A stretch of DNA of 64,000 nt from Tubiluchus corallicola (lineage: Eukaryota; Animalia; Priapulida): positions 186,001 through 250,000 of the forward strand of contig JAQGDQ010000282.1 in NCBI GenBank assembly GCA_030141605.1, written 5' to 3'. Positions 1-13,900 of this stretch are shown one piece after another. Below the pieces are notes generated by a model. It did no database searches, had not been told where the DNA came from, and saw only the letters and a program-made list of their open reading frames with translations. Position 1 is the first letter of the stretch; each line of letters starts with the position of its first letter. A program made the translations under genes and the position numbers.

Positions 1-555
1 TTTTAATCTTATTTATTTTTTTCTGAGTACTTGCATTTGCAGTTTATATCACATTTCAAGTCAATTTTCGCTATGGAAATCTCAACAAATCCTGTACGTT
101 ATATATTTTTGTTAAAAAATTATGTTACTATTTGCTATGGTTGTTGTGTCAAATGTCTTTTTATACCGACAGTTTCAAAATTTAGAATTCACATTAATTC
201 ATAATTCGTACTACTTTAATTCACACTTCGTACTTCATAACTCATTAAATATATAACAGCGAATACTGGAAGAGAAAAATGACATAGGTACACACAGAAC
301 TGTACTGATTGTATTTTCCTCTCGTGATAGACGATTCAGGCGATTCACAGCATCTATTCTAATATTTTTATCAGGCTCTTGATAGAAATATTTCCACATC
401 ATAAAGGAACAAGCCAAAAAGAAAACTGTATCCCGTCACGCTGTTGTTCTTACACATTTACATTGAGCCTCATAGTTTCTCTAAATGTTATCACTTGTCT
501 GATCCAAGCATTGACTATTACTAGTGTGCCCGTGTTTACTGAACATAGATCTTAT

Positions 556-970
556 TCATTCACTGCATGATTTCCAAACACTTTTTTTAGCTACTTCACA
601 TTTCAACAAATGTTCAGTCGTATCACATTCCTTCAAGCACAGTGAACACATTAAATCATCCTCACACTTATTTTTATAATTACACTTTAATTTGATCATT
701 TTTAATATCCATTCAGTAATTTCATATACAGTTTTTTCATCACACTCCATCACATAATTTATTGCCTGTTCCCAATTTTCCACACTATTTTTCATAAATC
801 TCAGTTTTGTCATATCATCACACTTTTTCACAGCTTCTACTTCTAGATACCTTTTAACTGCTTTTTCAGTTTCTTTTTTCCATTGTGACTTCAATAAGCT
901 TTGCATTCTTTCAGCATTTATATCTGAACCATACATACTTGCAATTTCTCTAATTTCTGTCGCCCAGCTT
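556..970 (-). mobile_element. 5'-truncated non-LTR retrotransposon (LINE) ORF2 C-terminal fragment
   Basis: ORF 556..936 ends in CSLCLKECDTTEHLLKC, the CCHC zinc knuckle typical of LINE ORF2 C-termini; the frame extends slightly upstream, then stops abruptly. Confidence 0.7.
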
Positions 971-1996
971 CTGGGAATGTTGCTCGCATTTTTAGCATCT
1001 CAGATATCAGCACGTACTCTCTTTTACTCTCAGATATCAGCACACTTCGGTACCACATTAATAGATGGCAGCACGAGTTTAGTAATTTACTTGCATCGTA
1101 GCTTAAAGTGCTCGAGCACGACGAGTGTGAGTGAAAGCATGATTGGCACGCTGTTTATGTGTAATCAACTTCATTGACGAGCAACAAGTTGTCTTCGCAC
1201 GTTTGAAGTTATGTTACCGCAAGGAGTAAAGTTTAACTGTACTAGCAGTACTTACTTCTAAGTTGCGTGTGTTTTACTATAATATTGACAGCTAGAACTT
1301 AAAATCACTTTAGCGTTACGTACAAATTAATTACGCGCAAAAATAATTTGCAAATCGGTGTGGATATGTGTTATCGTGTGTTTATTGCACCGTCTAGCTG
1401 ACTTATTATCAACTACTGTTGTGGCTATTTAATTTTAAAACTAGACAAAACATTGACACTTGATAGTGTTCTTAACTTATTTGTGCCGTGTTTCATTTTA
1501 TACCAGTAATCCACAGCCATACGGGATAGATAGCTGACACCTTGGACTGTTAAGTATGCTAGCTGGAGCTTGTCGACTACATCGTCTCAAAAGTAAGCAT
1601 AATGTGCGTCACACTTTTATGTGTGTGAGGCACACACAGTGATCTTTATTTTTTGCGAATTGTTTTCTTTTCGGTAAGTACTTTTATGGCGTTTTCAGCT
1701 CTTGTCTAAATTTTTGCCGTTTCAGTTAAAACTTCGTTAAAGATTTTGCTTTCTTGTTATATTACACTATAAAAATGTAGTAATAATAATTATAATAATA
1801 ATGTATAGTTCATAAAATAATGCAATTTACTTCCTTTTCCAGCATCATATGAATGCATACACCACATACAACTGAAAACATATCTCTAGGGTAATTTTTA
1901 AAACACTGACATTACAGCCATAATTGCAATATCGCTGTTTGTTTTCAGGTTTCTGTAATCTGTATTAAACATTTTGGGCTCTTTGAGAACGCAAAT

Positions 1997-4900
1997 ATGT
2001 CTGTGAGGGCGTCAAAGCGTTATTCGACCTCCCTGTCTATGGAGGAGGTGACAGAGTTGCTTATAGGTATGTTATATGTAGGCATTGTTTTTTTAAATAA
2101 TTTCCACTACTCTTTCACATTTATTTGGTTGGTTACATTCGTGTTTGTTTTTTTTGGTTATTTGTTCGATTTTTTTCTTTACCCTATATACTAAGCAGTC
2201 AGTGTTACTTAATTTATTTTAAATTAGTAGATCTATATAAATTCAAATTGTTACAGATTAGGATACTTACTTAAACATTTCAAAGTTTTTTTAATACATT
2301 TACAACTTGCAGCCAGTGACATTTAGTAGAATAGGACACTAACATTTTACCATACATAAAGTAATCAAAAGCTTGCTGGAAATAACTGGGAAATGGCAGT
2401 CTATTATAGGAGCATGTATCCAGACCTATGAGTTTAAAGTTTCTAGTCAGTTGTTAAGAAATGTCATAATTCTTTAGCTACTTTAGTTAATAAAGAATAA
2501 TTGTAATTTGAGCTTTTTTATATCATTTCTAGTTCCTGCGTTCGACGTTATAATTTTCAACTAATGCTTTCGTATTACATTGTAGGCACGACAGCAGAAC
2601 CGAGCATCATTTCAACATTTACTAAGCGACAATTTCTCATTGTTACAATGATGGCGACCGTGAACTTTTGTAGTTCTGTGCTGTATTCACTTATAGCTCC
2701 GTTCTACCCTCAAGAGGTATTTTGCATAATATGCCTCGTAATTACAGTAACATGTATATTGCATTTCTAGTTGTGACATAAATTTTTGATATTTGTCATA
2801 TGTACTTGTTGATACTTAAAGGGAAACTGGATAATTTTTCATATCCTAACCTATTTTGAAGTGCGGTAAAAAGTATACATTTTAACAACTGTAATATGTG
2901 TCTTGGTTAAATAATGGGTTAAAAACTTAATCAAGAGCAGGCAAGCACAGCTAATGGTAACGTCACAACTTAGCGTTATTTTCCACAATACAAACATTCC
3001 AGAAGTTTGCAAAAGTTGAAGTACAGCACTGCTGTACAACATTCGGTGTGATACACAAAAGTTCGTCAAATTTTAAGTTCAAAAATTTAAATATCAAGTT
3101 TACCGCCGTGGTTTTAAGTTATAAGTCACGCATGAGCTCTCAACTGACATCTGAACTGAGAGGTTGAGTGTTTTTTTTTCTGCAACAGAGTTTGTTTCAG
3201 AGCCATAGACACTAATGCCCATCTAATTAGTGAATGGCGAAATGCATGTACAGTGAAGAACTAGCCACTTGAACGCAAAATTGGGTTTATGTGATAAGAA
3301 TTCTTTCACGCAAGTCATTTTTAAAAAATAGTATGTCTCCTTTCAATATATTACTTAAGTAATGTTGTTTTGAGCTGTACTGTAAGATTGGATCTGGTTT
3401 TCCTTTAAGAAATTCCTGAAATGGTCCATATCCCATTTGTGTATTGCTAATGTTTTGAAACAACAGGCAAACAAGAAGTCTGTGAACTCGTCTCAGCTAG
3501 GTCTTATCTTTGGAGCCATAGAATTAACCATCTTCGCCTCCTCGCCATTTTTTGGGCGATATGTAGGTACAAGGCATTTTGTGCCATTCATGTGATACAT
3601 TGTTGTATTCTTTGTTAACAAGGTTGTATGCATTGCATGGGGTAATATAATATCTATCTCAAATTACTAATCTTTGCAGTGATGTTTGAAGCCTGCATAA
3701 AATCACAAAAAGTTAATTGATAAATTCTTGGGCATCTTAGTTTGTACTGCCTCGTGGCAGTTTACTAATTAGAAAGCGAAACAGTTGTGGTAAGTTAGCC
3801 CACGAAATTGCTTGTTTTTTATTCTCTAGATGACAGCATTTGCAACCAAAAAAACGAAGTGTTTGATGTGTCTTAATGGAAATGCCTGTTTTTCTTGGTT
3901 ACTTGTGCTATATCAACAGAAGTACCGCAATTGTGTCCTTTATTGAATTTATTATGCAAAGTTCGTACTACTTGCAGCCTTTCATGCCATTTTTAAGCCT
4001 GGGAAGTAACTAATTAGCTTTTTGTGGTTATCTAAAGTGGCAAAGTGGATGGCAGTTAACTCGGTGCAACAACAAATTAATTGATCACTTTTTGCGACAT
4101 TAATTTGCGCTGATGTCACGGTCATATTTTTGTACAATCCTGCAAGTCAGAATATAGCATTTAACACATACAGCAGGTTCAGCTCAGGCTGGATAATTGT
4201 GGAAACTAAGTCATTGTCAATGATATGTGCCTAAGACAAGCCACTGAACCAGCAGACGTGTTTTAGCCATTCTTTCTTTATGCACTGAACAAAAATTTAA
4301 ACTGTTCAATCCTCCATTGACAAACTAGCTTCGGCGTCATTCTTAACTTTGGCCTCCAAGCACAACAATACAACCACTCAACCACGTGCACTGAAGTGCA
4401 TGTTTGTGACAAGTTTTACATTTAGCAAGGTTGAGTTAGTATCTGAACTCAGCTCCAGATAAAAATGCTTCTAAGAAAAATATACTGAATTGATAGTGAG
4501 GTGACTAGCTTTCTGGAGGTATTACAACACCTTCTCTTTAAGGCACATTGTTTACAGCTATGGTAATTGGTCAAGCACCGTATCATACTTGTGCCAAGCA
4601 GCCAACTAGCTGCCATCAACACAACCCAGCTTTATAAATTAGTGTTTTACATCTTGGTGATTTTGCCACCCACTTTTGCCATCCCCTCACACTTTGGTTG
4701 AGATCCCTGGGCCCTCACACTAGGGTTGATGCTGCATTTTTATGTTGGTTTTGAGCTTGCACTTTTGTGTACTTACAGGCTTCGTCGAAAGGCGTATCTA
4801 GTTCTGTTATTGGTTTCATTTTTGGATCAATTGAACTAACCATTGCCATCACATCCCCGTTTTTTGGCAGATATGTACGTACAAAAGTATTTTCGATAAA

Positions 4901-7900
4901 CACAATTTTTCAAACCATTTGTATATTTGACTGAACTTCAATTGGACTTTAATTAATTTTTTAATTCATTAAAATTTTTGAAATTTCTACTTTTTAACAA
5001 AATTGTAATAGTTTTTTATTGGAACTAGTAAGTTTTTTTAAGTCTGCATTTAGCAAGCCGAAATCTGAAAGATACACATATTGTAACATCATTGTTTTTG
5101 GCACATTTGTTTTTAATAGTGTCTCTTTTTACTTAATTTGTTGACTGCTTTTCTTTCTTAAGTACTAGCTAGTCGCGCATTTTTGTAGGCAATAGTATTA
5201 ATATTTAGCATGTTCGGCTAGTGTCCCTCTGGATTGATTTAGTACATTGACGTTTATTTAATATGCATGTCCATATTTCACTTTTACTGTTGATATAACT
5301 AACAAACTTAACCTTATTTATTGTTTACAATAAGATTATGATATTAGATTTGCATCACGGGCTTGTCGACAAAGACATGAGGAATGCACAGGAGTTGTCA
5401 TGAATCTTTTGCCTGTTTAATTCTGAATTTTTCACTTCAGATTTTGGCAGTTTTTAAATGTCTTTAGAGACTTGTGCTGATAATAAAATCTTGTTGAAAG
5501 TGAAAAGTTTAATTATTGTATGAAAATTTCGATTGACACATTGCATCTGTTTTGTTTGAATTTTTTTTTTGATATCCCGTTAACGTTAAACTTTTATCGA
5601 AAAAAAATTATGCATTTGTGCAAAAAGTCATGAATAATGATGACAAACCTTCATTCAGCTTTCTTTAAAAATTTTTGTCTCATTTCAGATCACATATCTG
5701 GGCTCTAGGTTTACCTTCATTGCTGGTATGTTCACTGTTGGTATTTCATGTATACTATTTGGGTAAGACACCATATTTTTTTCTTGAAGATTATTTAATA
5801 TGTCTTATATTAAATTATTAGAATTAAATTATTTTCAATCCAACAAAAAGTCAAAAATTATCAACCTTAACCTAGTTAGTTTGCTCATTTGTTTGCATTA
5901 TGCATTGGCGTGAAGTCAAGCAGCATTTGGATCTGGTTAGTAATGGAATGGGGGATTGCTGGGTAAACTGTTTTGAGTAGTTTTACCAGTTATATCACAG
6001 AGTCCCCAAATTATAATGGTGCAATTCTTTATAAAACAATGCGCTTTGATAATCCTGTTAACTGTTCGGGGAACTGGGATTAAATTTGGTCACACTGCTG
6101 AAACTAAAATACCTTATATTTATTGAATGTGCAGGAGGCAAAACTTAAAGGTATAAAAGTATTTTAGAGTTTAGTATTTATGAATTTCACTATAGTCTTG
6201 CAATCGTTGTGTGCGTGTGTGTGTGCGCATGTTAATTTAATTTTATTATTTCATTGTTTCCAGTTTTCTGGACCTTGTTCCCAGCGGCGTGGATTTCATA
6301 GCACTAAGCATAGCAATACGGGTTGTAGAGGGCCTGGGAGCAGCTGCTTATATAACTGCGTCGTTCTCTATCATAGCCAATGAGTTTCCTGAACGAGTAG
6401 CCACCATGTTTGTAAGTGAACTTCGTGCTCAGACTTTGCAGTTTCAGTGCAAGTAAACATCATTTGATTTTCAAGTTTCTGCTCTTTTGACCGTCAGTTT
6501 GTACTGTAATTGTGGTATAGGATTGGGCATGTTAAAGGCAAAAATGCACTAGGTTTAATAAATAGTCGTTGTGGTTTTAAATCCAGCTGTACTTTGTTGG
6601 GTCTGGGGCGGTGTGACGGCGTAATGGGGTCGGTTCTTAGGATGAGGAAGTACCCGAGACCTGACTACTAGCCGAGTGTGATAAGGGCTTATAGCTACGG
6701 GGGGTGCTCATGGTGTTACTCCTTTAGTCATCAGGCATCAATTACGTCTTCATACATAAATAGCAAAAGAGTTAAGCTTAGGTTTAACGATATATTTTGA
6801 CATGACAATTTTAACATATTAAACTAGCTTGTAATACAATCCAAACGCATAAAATGTACATAACATAAATGTACGCATAAAATATTAATGCATAAAAGGT
6901 CATTAATATTACTGCGCTAGCTATATACTCTTACTGTGGCGCCACGTAATAGGGGAAATAATGTACAGACGTCCGGTCGGTCGGTAGTCCTGTTCACCAC
7001 AAAGAGCAAGAAAGGAGCTCCTGACGACTGGTATCTGTCGCTCACCACCAGCGTACTCCCATCATTGGTCCTGGAACTCTAAGCGTCATTAATGGCTGAC
7101 CCGTATGGGAATCCTCTCAAGCAATGACTCTAATAACTCGGAGGCCGACTTCCATCTCCACAATGGTCTCACCAGGTCTCACCTCCAGCGTACTCCCACC
7201 ATTGGTCCTGGAACTTCAAGCGTCACTAATGTCTGACTTGTATGGGAATCCTCTCAAGCAATGACTCTAATAACTCGGAGGCCAACTTCCACCACCACAA
7301 TGGTCTCACCAGGTGTGGTTATTTACCAGTCCATCAAATGCGGCCACTAATTACCATCTAATAGCATGTGTACCCTGTTCCTCCATAACAGTTACACTGC
7401 AATTAGTTCTTGCACCTAGCCCTTCAGTCATTAGTGTAATTTGGAACAATAAAGGTTCAAAGCATCAAGCTGCTGATAATCAATCTACGTTTGTCTGGGC
7501 AAGTTAAAAGGTGAAAGCATTTCAACCAGTTTTGTCGTGTATGCCACTGTAAGGGGGGAAGAGCTAGAACAAACTAAATGCCTATTACTATCTATGCTCA
7601 AACAAGGTAGCTATAAACAGTAGGCTACTATGAGGTAGTTACGAACAATAACAGTAATAACAATAGTGGTGCAAGGGCAAATATAGCTCAAACTGATGAT
7701 GGTATTGGAGTGAGGCACCATAGACCTATGGGGCCATCACAGGCGTGGTTAAAATTACATTTGGGGGTTATTGTCACTTTTTAAAGGCATGTCTTGATTT
7801 TAGTGAACAGCTGTTAGTGAAGAAACAGTTAGTCTACATTTTAGATTTCACCAAGCCTGTTTGAGCAGTAGCATGTAGCAATGAAAGTAGTTTGCAAAAG

Positions 7901-10900
7901 TATTTCTATAGTTGCTAATTTTAGTCACTCACTACATAAACTAAAAACACAGAGGGAAATTGAAAAAACGGAGAAAAACACATTCTGAAATAGAAATTGA
8001 AAAACTGGAAGAATAAAAACACTGAAATACTACCAGCCAAGTTATTCAATAATATTTTCATTATATACCGTTATATTGACCTGTCAAATAATAGTTAAGC
8101 TGCTGGTGTTCAAAATTTAAATTTTAGTAGTTTGGCTGGTGGTATTTCAATATTTTTATTCTTCCATATTTTCAATTTGTTTCGGAATCCCGAAGAAGAT
8201 TTTAAATTCGAAAGCTAGCTTTTTCAACAAATACTTTTCGGGTTCACTACATATTGTCTTAGTGTGTTTTGTTTTATTAATTGACAGTAGCTTTATAAAT
8301 TTCAAGTTTTTAGAAAAGAGGAAATGATAACAGGACAAAATGACCTCAGCAGAAATCAAAGACAGTTTCAGCACATAGTTAGTGCCACTGTAGTGCCCAT
8401 TTGTCAAACTACAGCATGCTTGACTTGTCCATTACTTGCACAGAATTCTATTCTTGGCTGCTGTACTAACCCAGAAAATAGTGAGATGAAAGTTCATTAT
8501 AATATTATTAAAACTCGTACCTAGTTTACAATTTGTCTTATCATATAATTTTCTAATTTTAGGGTTTATTAGAAACATTTAACGGCTTAGGTCTCATGTT
8601 GGGACCTCCTATAGGTGGCGCTTTGTACACCGCAGGTGGTTTCAAGCTTCCATTTCTTGTGCTAGGAGGTATTTTGTTACTGGCTGTTTTCATTGCATAT
8701 TGGTTTCTTCCAGAGCAACCTGGTTAGTACCGTTGTTAACTCGTATTATTTTTATTTTAATTATTTGTTTATTTTAATTATGGCTAACCATTAATTAGTA
8801 AAAGTTCCTGTTGTGTTATGTGTGTGACTTTAACGTACCAGCACGAGAAAAATGATTTTAAATGTGTAAAAATTTGTGGCTTTTTTGCAATAATGGTGAA
8901 GAATTTTTAGTTTTTTATAGATATTTTAAATTTTATTTGTATTTATTATTTTTTACTTTTTCTTGTCTTTCAACTGGCATACAGTCCCAGGTAATTCATA
9001 TACTAATCTCTTGATTGTATCTAACTTGGTTAGTGGTAGTATAGAAATATGTTTTCAAAGTGGATTCATAAACATAGCCGTTAATCTTAAATATTTTTGT
9101 TACACATAGCTTCGGCATAAATTGATAAGTTGCTTGCAAGAAATATAGTGGAAATTTTTTTTAATAATGAAATTTCAGTTATAGTTGTACATGTAGTAAA
9201 TGCTTGTTCATTTAGCTAATTTTAGAACTTTGCAGTAATCGAATAGGATTTATTTTTCAAAAGCCAAAATGATTTATTCAAATTTTCCTTGGAGCATGTT
9301 TTGTTGATAGTGTCTTAGAAAATGTGCATAGTTTTTCTATAGTTGTCTGAGCTATAGCTTGAGTTTATGGCAAGACTGTGATAGTATTTCTTGGAAATTG
9401 CCTTTCATATATAGTAACTACAGCCTTTCCTTATTTCCATTTATGTCTTTCTGCTCTTTCCTTTTTGTGATTTTATCACTGTCTGTGGATATAGGATATC
9501 CTTATCTACGTTTCCACCTCTGGATTTCAGATAACTTGCTTCAGTAGGCACAGTCTGTTGGCCTGAGATAAAGAAATTGATTGAATTGATTGAAATGAGT
9601 TTTATGCCTAGCACCTAGATTGACTATTATCTGCATGGCAGCACATTGCATGTGGGTTAATAGTCTGCACATTAGACACAATAAGATCTTGTCTAACTCA
9701 GCCACTTCCCAATTTTACGTTTTAATGTTGCTCATGTTTAATTGTTGACAATATTTATTTGTATTTATTGTATAACCAGAAAGAGTCCGAATTTGAAAAA
9801 AAATAGTGTTCACTAAATTGTCTTTTAAATTTAACGATTTTATAGTTTGCATTATAATTCATTGATTGCTCAATTAAATCATTTCAAAACTGTGTTCACA
9901 TATGCTGTAAACATATTAACTGATATAAATTCAATATTGTATTAGTGATGATAAGTGGGTTTGGATTATATTTGCTGAAGCTGTGAATATTTTGCACAAA
10001 ACTGCATAAACCATGAAGTTGAAATGATAAAACTTAATCTGTTCGTATGTAAACAAGTACGCAATGTTGAATGAGTATGTAACTATTAACTGGTGTTGTG
10101 TGCTGAATAGTAAACAAGGTTAGATGTTAAAATTTTAGTTTTGTTTGTTTACACACAGATGATGACGTTCCAATCACTCAGTCGTACTTTAGTTTTCTCA
10201 CAACTGATTCAGTGCTATTGTGTATGGTCACCATCTGTGTCGGATCAATGTCCATGGGCTTTCTACAGCCAACATTAGAACCGCATCTTGAGCAGGTAAT
10301 TAAAAGTGGTAATGAGTGTGCCGTTATTATGGAAAAAGAATAAGCAATTTGATAAAAAGATCTGGTTTACAATTTTAGCTCTAGTGACAACAATAATTAC
10401 GGCCCTTTAGCATTTTGTAACCAGTTATGGGTTGTTACAAGGGCAAACGTGGTATGTAAAACCAACAGACTCAAAATTTTACATTCCTCTGCCCAGACCA
10501 ACTACGATTAAATCCACAAAAATGTCACATATGTTGTGGTTGTTTAATACATGTTTGGTTGTATGGACCAGTCGGGTTCAAATTAGACAGCTTTCTACAT
10601 TTTTGAGGAGCCACTAGAACGTTTAAACATTCAGCAGGTGAGAAAATTGACAGAAATAGTACTGTCAGTAATTTTTGATGTGAAACCACAAAATTAAAAA
10701 AAATTAAACAATAGCTTTTATGCTTCTCATTCTGTTGAAAACAGATTTTTGTATGGTTTACATTAGAAATTTTGCATATTGTGCTAAAAGTGGAAAAGTA
10801 GATTAATCAGAGTGTTAATAATGTGTCACATTTCACATTCTATTGCATTTCCTGTTCAATCTAACAATTATTAAGAAGGTGTCCTAAATCTTGTTCCGGG

Positions 10901-13900
10901 AAGTTTATGTAAAACGAATCTAGCTTTTGAAAAACTGCTTCGGTTTGCCTGTTGTGGTGACTGAACAGTTTAGTTTCCGAGGCATCTGACCAGTAGAATG
11001 TAGAATGAACAAACTCGTTTTTCAACTTTAAATGCATAATTTAAGCAAATATGCGGTGTTTTCTAACAGTATTGTTTTTTAGTTTTTGTTTATCTGCTTG
11101 CTGTTCATTATAACCTGAAGATTGTATTGATAAATGTTTTTATTTCAGTTCAACATGAATGCTTTTGTGATTGGTTTAGTCTTTCTTTGCACATCGAGCT
11201 GCTATGCACTGTCTGCTCCGATATGGGGTTTTATAGGAGATAAATTTGTAAGTTTTACTACTGTTTAGTGTATACACAACGTTAGCATAAGCTTATTGTT
11301 GCAAAAATGTTTAGACTTTCTGTTCGCATGTTTTGCGAGGCTTCTATGATATCCGATAAGGCACAATTGTACATATTAATATGGCACTCGTATCAAGCAT
11401 GGTTATAGTCGACCTTGATTACTTGCTTAAGACGGTAACTTATACTTTGTGTCAACTAATTGCAGGCAGGTTATTGAACTGAAATATGGATGTAAGTTTA
11501 TGAAGTGAAAAAATAAGAAGCAGGTGTGCAGGTTTTGTTGTCACCTTAAATTACTGGTATTTGGTAAATTTACAAGTATCACTTACAGTAGAAGTATAAT
11601 TTTAATTCTGAGCATTTCAGTTGCAACAAGTGTATCCAGTTTTAATCTTTGGTTGTCTTTGATCTAACAATGTTAATGTGATTAGTAGAAATTGTTTAGA
11701 TTCTAGAAAAAACTAAGAAAACTGGTATATTGGTAGGTAATGTAGTCAGCTCAGCAGTGAATGGTTGTAAGTTAATCTAGTGCTATGAAATGTTTTGTAA
11801 CCAACAAATTTGTCAAGTTGTAATTATGTAGTTACTGAAAGCCTGTAAGTTAAGCACAAATTCTACAGTGTCATACTTCTTTTCTCAAATAAACCATCAT
11901 GCTAAAACATAGTATATTTATTTCTTAATTTTTCATATTCCTTTCTAGTGACCATAGTCTTTGTATTATAGTTTTTTAATTATAAAAGCTGTTTTTTCAG
12001 GGTTATACTTTGCAAATGATGGTTATCGGTTGCGTTTTTACATCATTATCATTCTTCTTTGTGGGACCATCACCCCTGTTGAACTTTGATACGTAAGTCT
12101 CCTAAGTTAGTTTTCATGTAAAGCATTGATAAAATGCGTAGGCACCAATTTGTCGTACGTTTAATTGTTATATTAGTTGCAACTGCAGTCATGCTGAGAA
12201 GCAAACTGACATGCTCTTGCTACTGTTGTTTCTTTTTCTACGCTGTTTTCTGCCTTCATAGACATTTTTTAGGAAGTAGCTCAAGGTCATATGTGCAGTG
12301 GTGCTGCAGTAATTTATGTTTTCTAGGAAACTGTGGTTAGTAGTCGTATCACAGATAGCACTGGGAATGGGAACAGCAGCACAAATGGTTCCACCTTTCA
12401 AGTTTTGTTTAATTCAAATAATGTAAGTCGACACTATTACTATTTTCTTGGTGTCACTAGTTATTAATAGTCACTAGTCACTGTTTATTAGTTAGTTATT
12501 AAGCTATTCAATAGAGCTGCAGTTTACCTAGAAGTGCTTAGCTAAATTAATTGGGAATTTGATCCCTAGATCGGCAAATGCATTGGGTTTAGTCCTGAAT
12601 CTGTATTTTATCTGTGGGAGATGATTAGTCGCCGAGAAAAGGTTAGAATCAGTTATTTTAAATTTATCCTGATGGTCTGTTTCCTAACGTACAATCTGTT
12701 AAGCATTCTAATTCCTTTAAGCCTTGTAGTCTGAAATATATTTAAGTTAATAATACATATTTAATAAGTTATAAAGTATTTTTTTTACTTCTAACGGATT
12801 GAAGCTTCTGTTATTGTGACGTAATAGTTAGCATTGTTGCCGGATATGTAGAAAATTTGAGTTCGTATCCCAAAATGGACAAATATTTTATTAGTTTTGT
12901 TTCCAGATTAAAATTACATTTGTTAATTTATTTTGTTTACGTACATTGAGGATTTTGTAATTACATGCAAAATATATAAAACGTACATAATTGTTTGTAA
13001 TTTTTGTGACAAAAAATCTTTTTTTGCTATAGTGGTGCTGGGTTTCCTGATAATTTTGAGACGTACGGGCTTTTGTCGGGCATGTACAGCACCTGTTTTT
13101 CATTTGGGTATGCAGTACATTTATATGCAGTTATATTTAGTGAATGAATTTATAGTTCAATGTTTGTTAAAAAATGAAAACATCATTTTGAATGTTAAAA
13201 AAATTGTTTTAGTTTTCACATTTATAGTAGAGCTTTATACAATTTTGGCTAAACTGAAACTTTGACTACTGAAGCACTTAGTTCATTTGTCGTGACGACA
13301 TTGAACTGAACATTATAGCAGTACAAACGGTGTTTCCTGTGCAAAAATGTTCAAAAGTACACACTAGTATGCATGCACAAATTCTTTGCGTGATCTAATT
13401 GACCTAAATGTTTTATACTTTTTTATTGTTTTGTTATTGATTTTCAACTGTTTTAGAGCATTTATTGGACCAACTGTGGCGGGAGCATTAGTGGATGCGA
13501 TAGGTTTTGAATCAGGCACTTCCATATTTTCTGCGATAAACGTTGGATTGGTGTGTGAATTATAAATCACTTTTAAATTAATTAAATGAAAAGTTTAGTT
13601 ATTGAAATAACTGTATTATTAAATTTGGTTGAACTTGTCTGTTCTTTGGATTTTGTGACAAATGTTTATTATCAGTGCTAGAGCTGTGCTATGCACACAT
13701 TTTGGTAAATATCTGTAACATTTCTGCTGTTACAGGAAGCATTAACTAGAGAGTAAAATAATGAGATTTCAGACTATTTTTCTTGACTGCATCATCAAAT
13801 GCATACATAATTATTCTGGCATAACCTTGAGGCCGTGAAACTTTATTGTAATTTCTTCATGATGTGATTCTAAGTTGTGTCAAGTGTTAGGAGTGATGAT

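Noticed and set aside
998-1045. Twice-repeated TCTCAGATATCAGCAC upstream of SLC18B1-A
   Set aside because: Short local duplication next to a LINE junction; no recognisable factor motif that I can support.
5912-5980. Functional 5S rRNA gene
   Set aside because: Only a degenerate partial match with no 5' half; treated as a SINE or pseudogene fragment.
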